A stretch of 64,000 bases of DNA from the human T2T-CHM13v2.0 reference genome, Homo sapiens. Of this stretch, positions 1 through 11,784 are shown piece after piece; the first letter of the stretch is position 1; each line of letters begins with the position of its first letter. The notes under the pieces were generated by a model that had not been told where the DNA came from, ran no database searches, and saw only the letters and a program-made list of their open reading frames with translations. The stretch is taken from NCBI RefSeq assembly GCF_009914755.1, contig NC_060925.1; one strand, written 5' to 3'. The translations under genes and the position numbers were made by a program.

Positions 1-186
1 CAGCCGCTTTGAAGTCAATGGTAGAAAAGTAAATATCTTCGTATAAAGACTAGACAGAATGATTCTCAGAAACTCCTTTGTGATGTGTGCGTTCAACTCA
101 CAGAGTTTAACCTTTCTGTTCATAGAGCAGTTAGGAAACACTCTGTTTGTAAAGTCTGTAAGTGGATATTCAGACCTCCTTGAGGC

Positions 187-203
187 CTTCGTTGGAAACG
201 GGA
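187..203 (+). promoter_or_regulatory. CENP-B box (first of about 188, recurring every 339-341 bp up to 63757-63773)
   Basis: CTTCGTTGGAAACGGGA matches the canonical 17-bp box with the essential NTTCGNNNNANNCGGGN core. D-type dimers end in ...CGGGT, with the core intact. Confidence 0.97.
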
Positions 204-228
204 TTTCTTCATATTCTGCTAGACAGAA

Positions 229-568
229 GAATTCTCAGTAACTTCCTTGTGTTGTGTGTATTCAACTCACAGAGCTGAACGATCCTTTACACAGAGCAGA
301 CTTGAAACACTCTTTTTGTGGAATTTGCAAGTGGAGATTTCAGCCGCTTTGAGGTCAATGGTAGAAAAGGAAATATCTTCGTATAAAGACTAGACAGAAT
401 GATTCTCATAAACTCCTTTGTGATGTGTGGGTTCAACTCACAGAGTTTAACTTTTCTTTTCATAGAGCAGTTAGGAAACACTCTGTTTGTAAAGTCTGCA
501 AGTGGATATTCAGACCTCTTTGAGGCCTTCGTTGGAAACGGGATTTCTTCATATTATGCTAGACAGAA
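229..568 (+). repeat. Representative 340-bp alphoid dimer (one pJalpha-type A monomer plus one CENP-B-box B monomer)
   Basis: Runs from GAATTC at 229 to the equivalent position at 569. The two halves share ttcaactcacagag, aaacactct and gcaagtgga motifs at about 170-bp offset. Confidence 0.95.
356..372 (+). promoter_or_regulatory. pJalpha-box-like motif of the A-type monomer (recurs once per dimer with type-specific variants)
   Basis: CAATGGTAGAAAAGGAA lies at the position homologous to the CENP-B box in the alternate monomer, 169 bp after the box at 187. Confidence 0.7.
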
Positions 569-3500
569 TAATTCTCAGTAACTTCCTTGTTTTGTGTGTA
601 TTCAACTCACAGAGTTGAACGATCCTTTACACAGAGCAGACTTGAAACATTCTTTTTCTGGAATTTGCAAGTGGAGATTTCAGCCGCTTTGAGGTCAATG
701 GTAGAATAGGAAATATCTTCCTATAGAAACTAGACAGAACGATTCTCAGAAACTCCTTTGTGATGTGTGCGTTCAACTCCCAGAGTTTAACCTTTCTTTT
801 CATAGAGCAGTTAGGAAACACTCTGTTTGTAAAGTCTGCAAGTGGATATTCAGACCTTTTTGAGGCCTTCGTTGGAAACGGGATTTCTTCCTATTCTGCT
901 AGACAGAAGAATTCCCAGTAACTTCCTTGTGTTGTGTGCATTCAACTCACAGAGTTGAACGTTCCCTTAGACAGAGCAGATTTGAAACACTCTATTTGTG
1001 AAATTTCCAAGTGTAGATTTCAAGCGCTTTAAGGTCAACGGCAGAAAAGGAAATATCTTCGTTTCAAAACTAGACAGAATAATTCCCACAAACTGCGTTG
1101 TGATGTGTTCGTTCAACTCACAGAGTTTAACCTTTCTGTTCATAGAGCAGTTAGGAAACACTCTGTTTGTAAAGTCTGCAAGTGGATATTCAGACCTCCT
1201 TGAGGCCTTCGTTGGAAACGGGATTTCTTCATATTCTGCTAGACAGAAGAAATCTCAGTAACTTCCTTGTGTTGTGTTTATTCAACTCACAGAGTTGAAT
1301 GATCCTTTACACAGAGCAGACTTGAAACACTCTTTTTGTGGAATTTGCAAGTGGAGATTTCAGCCGCTTTGAGGTCAATGGTAGAAAAGTAAATATCTTC
1401 GTATAAAGACTAGACAGAATGATTCTCAGAAACTCCTTTGTGATGTGTGCGTTCAACTCACAGAGTTTAACCTTTCTGTTCATAGAGCAGTTAGGAAACA
1501 CTCTGTTTGTAAAGTCTGCAAGTGGATATTCAGACCTCCTTGAGGCCTTCGTTGGAAACGGGATTTCTTCATATTCTGCTAGACAGAAGAATTCTCAGTA
1601 ACTTCCTTGTGTTGTGTGTATTCAACTCACAGAGTTGAACGATCCTTTACACAGAGCAGACTTGAAACACTCTTTTTGTGGAATTTGCAAGTGGAGATTT
1701 CAGCCGCTTTGAGGTCAATAGTAGAAAAGGAAATATCTTCGTAGAAAAACTAGACAGAATGATTCTCAGAAACTCCTTTGTGATGTGTGTGTTCAACTCA
1801 CAGAGTTTAACCTTTCTTTTCATAGAGCAGTTAGTAAACACTCTGTTTATAAAGTCTGCAAGTGGATATTCAGACCCCTTTGAGGCCTTCGTTGGAAACG
1901 GGATTTCTTCATATTATGCTAGACAGAAGAATTCTCAGTAACTTCCTTGTGTTGTGTGTATTCAACTGACAGAGTTGAACTTTCATTTAGAGAGAGCAGA
2001 TTTGAAACACTGTTTTTGTGGAATTTGCAAGTGGAGATTTCAAGCGCTTTGGGGCCAAAGGCAGAAAAGGAAATATCTTCGTATAAAAACTAGACAGAAT
2101 CATTCTCAGAAACTGCTGCGTGATGTGTGCGTTCAACTCTCAGAGTTTAACTTTTCTTTTCATTCAGCGGTTTGGAAACACTCTGTTTGTAAAGTCTGCA
2201 CGTGGATATTTTGACCACTTAGAGGCCTTCGTTGGAAACGGGTTTTCTTCATGTAAGGCTAGACAGAAGAATTCCCAGTAACTTCCTTGTGTTGTGTGCA
2301 TTCAACTCACAGAGTTGAACGTTCCCTTAGACAGAGCAGATTTGAAACACTCTATTTGTGCAATTTGTAGTGTAGATTTCAAGCGCTTTAAGGTCAATGG
2401 CAGAAAAGGAAATTTCTTCGTTTCAAAACTAGACAGAATCATTCCCACAAACTGCGTTGTGATGTGTTCGTTCAACTCACAGAGTTTAACCTTTCTGTTC
2501 ATAGAGCAGTTAGGAAACACTCTGTTTGTAAAGTCTGCAAGTGGATATTCAGACCTCCTTGAGGCCTTCGTTGGAAACGGGATTTCTTCATATTCTGCTA
2601 GACAGAAGAATTCTCAGTAACTTCCTTGTGTTGTGTGTATTCAACTCACAGAGTTGAACGATCCTTTACACAGAGCAGACTTGAAACACTCTTTTTGTGG
2701 AATTTGCAAGTGGAGATTTCAGCCGCTTTGAGGTCAATGGTAGAAAAGGAAATATCTTCGTATAAAGTCTAGACAGAATGATTCTCAGAAACTCCTTTGT
2801 GATGTGTGCGTTCAACTCACAGAGTTTAACTTTTCTTTTCATAGAGCAGTTAGGAAACACTCTGTTTGTAAAGTCTGCAAGTGGATATTCAGACTTCTTT
2901 GAGGCCTTCGTTGGAAACGGGATTTCTTCATATTCTGCTAGACAGAATAATTCTCAGTAACTTCCTTGTGTTGTGTGTATTCAACTCACAGAGTTGAACG
3001 ATCCTTTACACAGAGCAGACTTGAAACATTCTTTTTGTGGAATTTGCAAGTGGAGATTTCTGCCGCTTTGAGGTCAATGGTAGAATAGGAAATATCTTCC
3101 TATAAAAACTAGACAGAACGATTCTCAGAAACTCCTTTGTGATGTGTGCGTTCAACTCACAGAGTTTAACCTTTCTTTTCATAGAGCAGTTAGGAAACAC
3201 TCTGTTTGTAAAGTCTGCAAGTGGATATTCAGACCTCTTTGAGGCCTTCGTTGGAAACGGGATTTATTCCTATTCTGCTAGACAGAAGAATTCTCAGTAA
3301 CTTCCTTGTGTTGTGTGTATTCAACTCACAGAGTTGAACGATCCTTTACACAGAGCAGACTTGAAACACTCTTTTTGTGGAATTTGCAAGTGGAGATTTC
3401 AGCCGCTTTGAGGTCAATAGTAGAAAAGGTAATATCTTCGTAGAAAAACTAGACAGAATGATTCTCAGAAACTCCTTTGTGATGTGTGTGTTCAACTCAC

Positions 3501-3967
3501 AGAGTTTAACCTTTCTTTTCATAGAGCAGTTAGTAAACACTCTGTTTATAAAGTCTGCAAGTGGATATTCAGACCCCTTTGAGGCCTTCGTTGGAAACGG
3601 GATTTCTTCATATTATGCTAGACAGAAAAATTCTCAGTAACTTCCTTGTGTTGTGTGTATTCAACTGACAGAGTTGAACTTTCATTTAGAGAGAGCAGAT
3701 TTGAAACACTGTTTTTGTGGAATTTGCAAGTGGAGATTTCAAGCGCTTTGGGGCCAAAGGCAGAAAAGGAAATATCTTCGTATAAAAACTAGACAGAATC
3801 ATTCTCAGAAACTGCTGCGTGATGTGTGCGTTCAACTCTCAGAGTTTAACTTTTCTTTTCATTCAGCGGTTTGGAAACACTCTGTTTGTAAAGTCTGCAC
3901 GTGGATATTTTGACCACTTAGAGGCCTTCGTTGGAAACGGGTTTTTTTCATGTAAGGCTAGACAGAA

Positions 3968-6900
3968 GAATTCCCAGTAACTTCCTTGTGTTGTGTGCAT
4001 TCAACTCACAGAGTTGAACGTTCCCTTAGACAGAGCAGATTTGAAACACTCTATTTGTGCAATTTGCAAGTGTAGATTTCAAGCGCTTTAAGGTCAACGG
4101 CAGAAAAGGAAATATCTTCGTTTCAAAACTAGACAGAATCATTCCCACAAACTGCGTTGTGATGTGTTCGTTCAACTCACAGAGTTTAACCTTTCTGTTC
4201 ATAGAGCAGTTAGGAAACATTCTGTTTGTAAAGTCTGTAAGTGGATATTCTGACATCTTGTGGCCTTCGTTGGAAACGGGATTTCTTCATATTCTGCTAG
4301 ACAGAAGAATTCTCAGTAACTTCCTTGTGTTGTGTGTATTCAACTCACAGAGTTGAACGATCCTTTACACAGAGCAGACTTGAAACACTCTTTTTGTGGA
4401 ATTTGCAAGTGGAGATTTCAGCCGCTTTGAGGTCAATGGTAGAAAAGGAAACTATCTTCATATAAAGACTAGACAGAATGATTCTCAGCAAATCTTTTGT
4501 GATGTGTGCGTTCAACTCACAGAGTTTAACTTTTCTTCTCATAGAGCAGTTAGGAAACACTCTGTTTGTAAAGTCTGCAAGTGGATATTCAGACCTGTTT
4601 GAGGCCTTCGTTGGAAACGGGATTTCTTCATATTATGCTAGACAGAATAATTCTCAGTAACTTCCTTGTGTTGTGTGTATTCAACTCACAGAGTTGAAGG
4701 ATCCTTTACAGAGAGCAGGCTTGAAACACTCTTTTTGTCGAATTTGCAAGTGGAGATTTCAGCCGCTTTGAGGTCAATGGTAGAATAGGAAATATCTTCT
4801 TATAGAAACTAGACAGAATGATTCTCATAAACTCCTTTGTGATGTGTGCGTTCAACTCACAGAGTTTAACCTTTCTTTTCATAGAGCAGTTAGGAAACAC
4901 TCTGTTTGTAAAGTCTGCAAGTGGATATTCAGACCTCCTTGAGGCCTTCGTTGGAAACGGGATTTCTTCATATTCTGCTAGACAGAAGAATTCTCAGTAA
5001 CTTCCTTGTGTTGTGTTTATTCAACTCACAGAGTTGAATGATCCTTTACACAGAGCAGACTTGAAACACTCTTTTTGTGGAATTTGCAAGTGGAGATTTC
5101 AGCCGCTTTGAAGTCAATGGTAGAAAAGTAAATATCTTCGTATAAAGACTAGACAGAATGATTCTCAGAAACTCCTTTGTGATGTGTGCGTTCAACTCAC
5201 AGAGTTTAACCTTTCTGTTCATAGAGCAGTTAGGAAACACTCTGTTTGTAAAGTCTGTAAGTGGATATTCAGACCTCCTTGAGGCCTTCGTTGGAAACGG
5301 GATTTCTTCATATTCTGCTAGACAGAAGAATTCTCAGTAACTTCCTTGTGTTGTGTGTATTCAACTCACAGAGTTGAACGATCCTTTACACAGAGCAGAC
5401 TTGAAACACTCTTTTTGTGGAATTTGCAAGTGGAGATTTCAGCCGCTTTGAGGTCAATGGTAGAAAAGGAAATATCTTCGTATAAAGACTAGACAGAATG
5501 ATTCTCATAAACTCCTTTGTGATGTGTGCGTTCAACTCACAGAGTTTAACTTTTCTTTTCATAGAGCAGTTAGGAAACACTCTGTTTGTAAAGTCTGCAA
5601 GTGGATATTCAGACCTCTTTGAGGCCTTCGTTGGAAACGGGATTTCTTCATATTATGCTAGACAGAATAATTCTCAGTAACTTCCTTGTTTTGTGTGTAT
5701 TCAACTCACAGAGTTGAACGATCCTTTACACAGAGCAGACTTGAAACATTCTTTTTCTGGAATTTGCAAGTGGAGATTTCAGCCGCTTTGAGGTCAATGG
5801 TAGAATAGGAAATATCTTCCTATAGAAACTAGACAGAACGATTCTCAGAAACTCCTTTGTGATGTGTGCGTTCAACTCACAGAGTTTAACCTTTCTTTTC
5901 ATAGAGCAGTTAGGAAACACTCTGTTTGTAAAGTCTGCAAGTCGATATTCAGACCTCTTTGAGGTCTTCTTTGGAAACGGGATTTCTTCCTATTCTGCTA
6001 GACAGAAGAATTCCCAGTAACTTCCTTGTGTTGTGTGCATTCAAGTCACAGAGTTGAACGTTCCCTTAGACAGAGCAGATTTGAAACACTCTATTTGTGC
6101 AATCTCCAAGTGTAGATTTCAAGCGCTTTAAGGTCAACGGCAGAAAAGGGAATATCTTCGTTTCAAAACTAGACAGAATCATTCCCACAAACTGCGTTGT
6201 GATGTGTACGTTCAACTCACAGAGTTTAACCTTTCTGTTCATAGAGCAGTTAGGAAACACTCTGTTTGTAAAGTCTGTAAGTGGATATTCTGACATCTTG
6301 TGGCCTTCGTTGGAAACGGGATTTCTTCATATTCTGCTAGACAGAAGAATTCTCAGTAACTTCCTTGTGTTGTGTGTATTCAACTCACAGAGTTGAACGA
6401 TCCTTTACACAGAGCAGATTTGAAACACTCTTTTTGTGGAATTTGCAAGTGGAGATTTCAGCCGCTTTGAGGTCAATGGTAGAAAAGGAAACTATCTTCA
6501 TATAAAGACTAGACAGAATGATTCTCAGAAAATCTTTTGTGATGTGTGCGTTCAACTCACAGAGTTTAACTTTTCTTCTCATAGAGCAGTTAGGAAACAC
6601 TCTGTTTGTAAAGTCTGCAAGTGGATATTCAGACCTCTTTGAGGCCTTCGTTGGAAACGGGATTTCTTCATATTCTGCTAGACAGAATAATTCTCAGTAA
6701 CTTCCTTGTGTTGTGTGTATTCAACTCACAGAGTTGAAGGATCCTTTACAGAGAGCAGGCTTGAAACACTCTTTTTGTCGAATTTGCAAGTGGAGATTTC
6801 AGCCGCTTTGAGGTCAATGGTAGAATAGGAAATATCTTCTTATAGAAACTAGACAGAATGATTCTCATAAACTCCTTTGTGATGTGTGCGTTCAACTCAC

Positions 6901-9900
6901 AGAGTTTAACCTTTCTTTTCATAGAGCAGTTAGGAAACACTCTGTTTGAAAAGTCTGCAAGTGGATATTCAGACCTCCTTGAGGCCTTCGTTGGAAACGG
7001 GATTTCTTCATATTCTGCTAGACAGAAGAATTCTCAGTAACTTCCTTGTGTTGTGTGTATTCAACTCACAGAGTTGAACGATCCTTTACACAGAGCAGAC
7101 TTGAAACACTCTTTTTGTGGAATTTGCAAGTGGAGATTTCAGCCGCTTTGAGGTCAATGGTAGAAAAGTAAATATCTTCGTATAAAGACTAGACAGAATG
7201 ATTCTCAGAAACTCCTTTGTGATGTGTGCGTTCAACTCACAGAGTTTAACCTTTCTGTTCATAGAGCAGTTAGGAAACACTCTGTTTGTAAAGTCTGCAA
7301 GTGGATATTCAGACCTCCTTGAGGCCTTCGTTGGAAACGGGATTTCTTCTTATTCTGCTAGACAGAAGAATTCTCAGTAACTTCCTTGTGTTGTGTGTAT
7401 TCAACTCACAGAGTTGAACGATCCTTTACACAGAGCAGACTTGAAACACTCTTTTTGTGGAATTTGCAAGTGGAGATTTCATCCGCTTTGAGGTCAATAG
7501 TAGAAAAGGAAATATCTTCGTAGAAAAACTAGACAGAATGATTCTCAGAAACTCCTTTGTGATGTGTGTGTTCAACTCACAGAGTTTAACCTTTCTTTTC
7601 ATAGAGCAGTTAGTAAACACTCTGTTTATAAAGTCTGCAAGTGGATATTCAGAACCCTTTGAGGCCTTCGTTGGAAACGGGATTTCTTCATATTACGCTA
7701 GACAGAAGAATTCTCAGTAACTTCCTTGTGTTGTGTGTATTCAACTGACAGAGTTGAACTTTCATTTAGAGAGAGCAGATTTGAAACACTGTTTTTGTGG
7801 AATTTGCAAGTGGAGATTTCAAGCGCTTTGGGGCCAAAGGCAGAAAAGGAAATATCTTCGTATAAAAACTAGACAGAATCATTCTCAGAAACTGCTGCGT
7901 GATGTGTGCGTTCAACTCTCAGAGTTTAACTTTTCTTTTCATTCAGCGGTTTGGAAACACTCTGTTTGTAAAGACTGCACGTGGATATTTTGACCACTTA
8001 GAGGCCTTCGTTGGAAACGGGTTTTCTTCATGTAAGGCTAGACAGAAGAATTCCCAGTAACTTCCTTGTGTTGTGTGCATTCAACTCACAGAGTTGAACG
8101 TTCCCTTAGACAGAGCAGATTTGAAACACTCTATTTGTGCAATTTGCAAGTGTAGATTTCAAGCGCTTTAAGGTCAATGGCAGAAAAGGAATTTCTTCGT
8201 TTCAAAACTAGACAGAATCATTCCCACAAACTGCGTTGTGATGTGTTCGTTCAACTCACAGAGTTTAACCTTTCTGTTCATAGAGCAGTTAGGAAACACT
8301 CTGTTTGTAAAGTCTGCAAGTGGATATTCAGACCTCCTTGAGGCCTTCGTTGGAAACGGGATTTCTTCATATTCTGCTAGACAGAAGAATTCTCAGTAAC
8401 TTCCTTGTGTTGTGTGTATTCAACTCACAGAGTTGAACGATCCTTCACACAGAGCAGACTTGAAACACTCTTTTTGTGGAATTTGCAAGTGGAGATTTCA
8501 GCCGCTTTGAGGTCAATGGTAGAAAAGGAAATATCTTCGTATAAAGACTAGACAGAATGATTCTCAGAAACTCCTTTGTGATGTGTGCGTTCAACTCACA
8601 GAGTTTAACCTTTCTGTTCATAGAGCAGTTAGGAAACACTCTGTTTGTAAAGTCTGCAAGTGGATATTCAGACCTCTTTGAGGCCTTCGTTGGAAACGGG
8701 ATTTCTTCATATTCTGCTAGACAGAAGAATTCTCAGTAACTTCCTTGTGTTGTGTGTATTCAACTCACAGAGTTGAACGATCCTTTACACAGAGCAGACT
8801 TGAAACATTCTTTTTGTGGAATTTGCAAGTGGAGATTTCAGCCGCTTTGAGGTCAATGGTAGAATAGGAAATATCTTCCTATAGAAACTAGACAGAACGA
8901 TTCTCAGAAACTCCTTTGTGATGTGTGCGTTCAACTCACAGAGTTTAACCTTTCTTTTCATAGAGCAGTTAGGAAACACTCTGTTTGTAAAGTCTGCAAG
9001 TGGATATTCAGACCTCTTTGAGGACTTCGTTGGAAACGGGATTTCTCCCTATTCTGCTAGACAGAAGAATTCTCAGTAACTTCCTTGTGTTGTGTGTATT
9101 CAACTCACAGAGTTGAACGATCCTTTACACAGAGCAGACTTGAAACACTCTTTTTGTGGAATTTGCAAGTGGAGATTTCAGCCGCTTTGAGGTCAATAGT
9201 AGAAAAGGAAATATCTTCGTAGAAAAACTAGACAGAATGATTCTCAGAAACTCCTTTGTGATGTGTGTGTTCAACTCACAGAGTTTAACCTTTCTTTTCA
9301 TAGAGCAGTTAGTAAACACTCTGTTTATAAAGTCTGCAAGTGGATATTCAGACCCCTTTGAGGCCTTCGTTGGAAACGGGATTTCTTCATATTATGCTAG
9401 ACAGAAGAATTCTCAGTAACTTCCTTGTGTTGTGTGTATTCAACTGACAGAGTTGAACTTTCATTTAGAGAGCGCAGATTTGAAACACTGTTTTTGTGGA
9501 ATTTGCAAGTGGAGATTTCAAGCGCTTTGGGGCCAAAGGCAGAAAAGGAAATAACTTCGTATAAAAACTAGACAGAATCATTCTCAGAAACTGCTGCGTG
9601 ATGTGTGCGTTCAACTCTCAGAGTTTAACTTTTCTTTTCATTCAGCGGTTTGGAAACACTCTGTTTGTAAAGTCTGCACGTGGAAATTTTGACCACTTAG
9701 AGGCCTTCGTTGGAAACGGGTTTTTTTCATGTAAGGCTAGACAGAAGAATTCCCAGTAACTTCCTTGTGTTGTGTGCATTCAACTCACAGAGTTGAACGT
9801 TCCCTTAGACAGAGCAGATTTGAAACACTCTATTTGTGCAATTTGCAAGTGTAGTTTTCAAGCTCTTTATGGTCAACGGCAGAAAAGGAAATATCTTCGT

Positions 9901-11784
9901 TTCAAAACTAGACAGAATCATTCCCACAAACTGCGTTGTGATGTGTTCGTTCAACTCACAGAGTTTAACCTTTCTGTTCATAGAGCAGTTAGGAAACACT
10001 CTGTTTGTAAAGTCTGTAAGTGGATATTCTGACATCTTGTGGCCTTCGTTGGAAACGGGATTTCTTCATATTCTGCTAGACAGAAGAATTCTCAGTAACT
10101 TCCTTGTGTTGTGTGTATTCAACTCACAGAGTTGAACGATCCTTTACACAGAGCAGACTTGAAACACTCTTTTTGTGGAATTTGCAAGTGGAGATTTCAG
10201 CCGCTTTGAGGTCAATGGTAGAAAAGGAAACTATCTTCATATAAAGACTAGACAGAATGATTCTCAGAAAATCTTTTGTGATGTGTGCGTTCAACTCACA
10301 GAGTTTAACTTTTCTTCTCATAGAGCAGTTAGGAAACACTCTGTTTGTAAAGTCTGCAAGTGGATATTCAGACCTCTTTGAGGCCTTCGTTGGAAACGGG
10401 ATTTCTTCATATTCTGCTAGACAGAAGAATTCTCAGTAACTTCCTTGTGTTGTGTGTATTCAACTCACAGAGTTGAAGGATCCTTTACAGAGAGCAGGCT
10501 TGAAACACTCTTTTTGTCGAATTTGCAAGTGGAGATTTCAGCCGCTTTGAGGTCAATGGTAGAATAGGAAATATCTTCTTATAGAAACTAGACAGAATGA
10601 TTCTCATAAACTCCTTTGTGATGTGTGCGTTCAACTCACAGAGTTTAACCTTTCTTTTCATAGAGCAGTTAGGAAACACTCTGTTTGTAAAGTCTGCAAG
10701 TGGATATTCAGACCTCCTTGAGGCCTTCGTTGGAAACGGGATTTCTTCATATTCTGCTAGACAGAAGAATTCTCAGTAACTTCCTTGTGTTGTGTTTATT
10801 CAACTCACAGAGTTGAATGATCCTTTACACAGAGCAGACTTGAAACACTCTTTTTGTGGAATTTGCAAGTGGAGATTTCAGCCGCTTTGAGGTCAATGGT
10901 AGAAAAGTAAATATCTTCGTATAAAGACTAGACAGAATGATTCTCAGAAACTCCTTTGTGATGTGTGCGTTCAACTCACAGAGTTTAACCTTTCTGTTCA
11001 TAGAGCAGTTAGGAAACACTCTGTTTGTAAAGTCTGCAAGTGGATATTCAGACCTCCTTGAGGCCTTCGTTGGAAACGGGATTTCTTCATATTCTGCTAG
11101 ACAGAAGAATTCTCAGTAACTTCCTTGTGTTGTGTGTATTCAACTCACAGAGTTGAACGATCCTTTACACAGAGCAGACTTGAAACACTCTTTTTGTGGA
11201 ATTTGCAAGAGGAGATTTCAGCCGCTTTGAGGTCAATAGTAGAAAAGGAAACATCTTCGTAGAAAAACTAGACAGAATGATTCTCAGAAACTCCTTTGTG
11301 ATGTGTGTGTTCAACTCACAGAGTTTAACCTTTCTTTTCATAGAGCAGTTAGTAAACACTCTGTTTATAAAGTCTGCAAGTGGATATTCAGACCCCTTTG
11401 AGGCCTTCGTTGGAAACGGGATTTCTTCATATTCTGCTAGACAGAAGAATTCTCAGTAACTTCCTTGTGTTGTGTGTATTCAACTGACAGAGTTGAACTT
11501 TCATTTGGAGAGAGCAGATTTGAAACACTGTTTTTGTGGAATTTGCAAGTGGAGATTTCAAGCGCTTTGGGGCCAAAGGCAGAAAAGGAAATATCTTCGT
11601 ATAAAAACTAGACAGAATCATTCTCAGAAACTGCTGCGTGATGTGTGCGTTCAACTCTCAGAGTTTAACTTTTCTTTTCATTCAGCGGTTTGGAAACACT
11701 GTTTGTAAAGTCTGCACGTGGATATTTTGACCACTTAGAGGCCTTCGTTGGAAACGGGTTTTTTTCATGTAAGGCTAGACAGAA
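3968..11784 (+). repeat. 46-mer super-repeat, copy 1 (E-M-K-T-P-R-E-M-K-T-S-D-E'-P-R-S-D-E-M-K-T-S-D; 7817 bp)
   Basis: Dimer order and private SNPs recur at +7817/7818: gtcgat 5941/13758, agaaccc 7651/15469, ccttcac ~8442/16260, gaggac ~9020/16838. Confidence 0.88.

Noticed and set aside
1954-2214. Cys/basic-rich 86-aa ORF in D dimers resembling a zinc-finger or NLS peptide
   Set aside because: Cys and Lys/Arg arise from TG-rich and A-rich tracts. The ORF has no ATG start and is stopped or frameshifted in several copies (about 9.5, 11.7, 17.4, 23.5, 45.6 and 52.7 kb).
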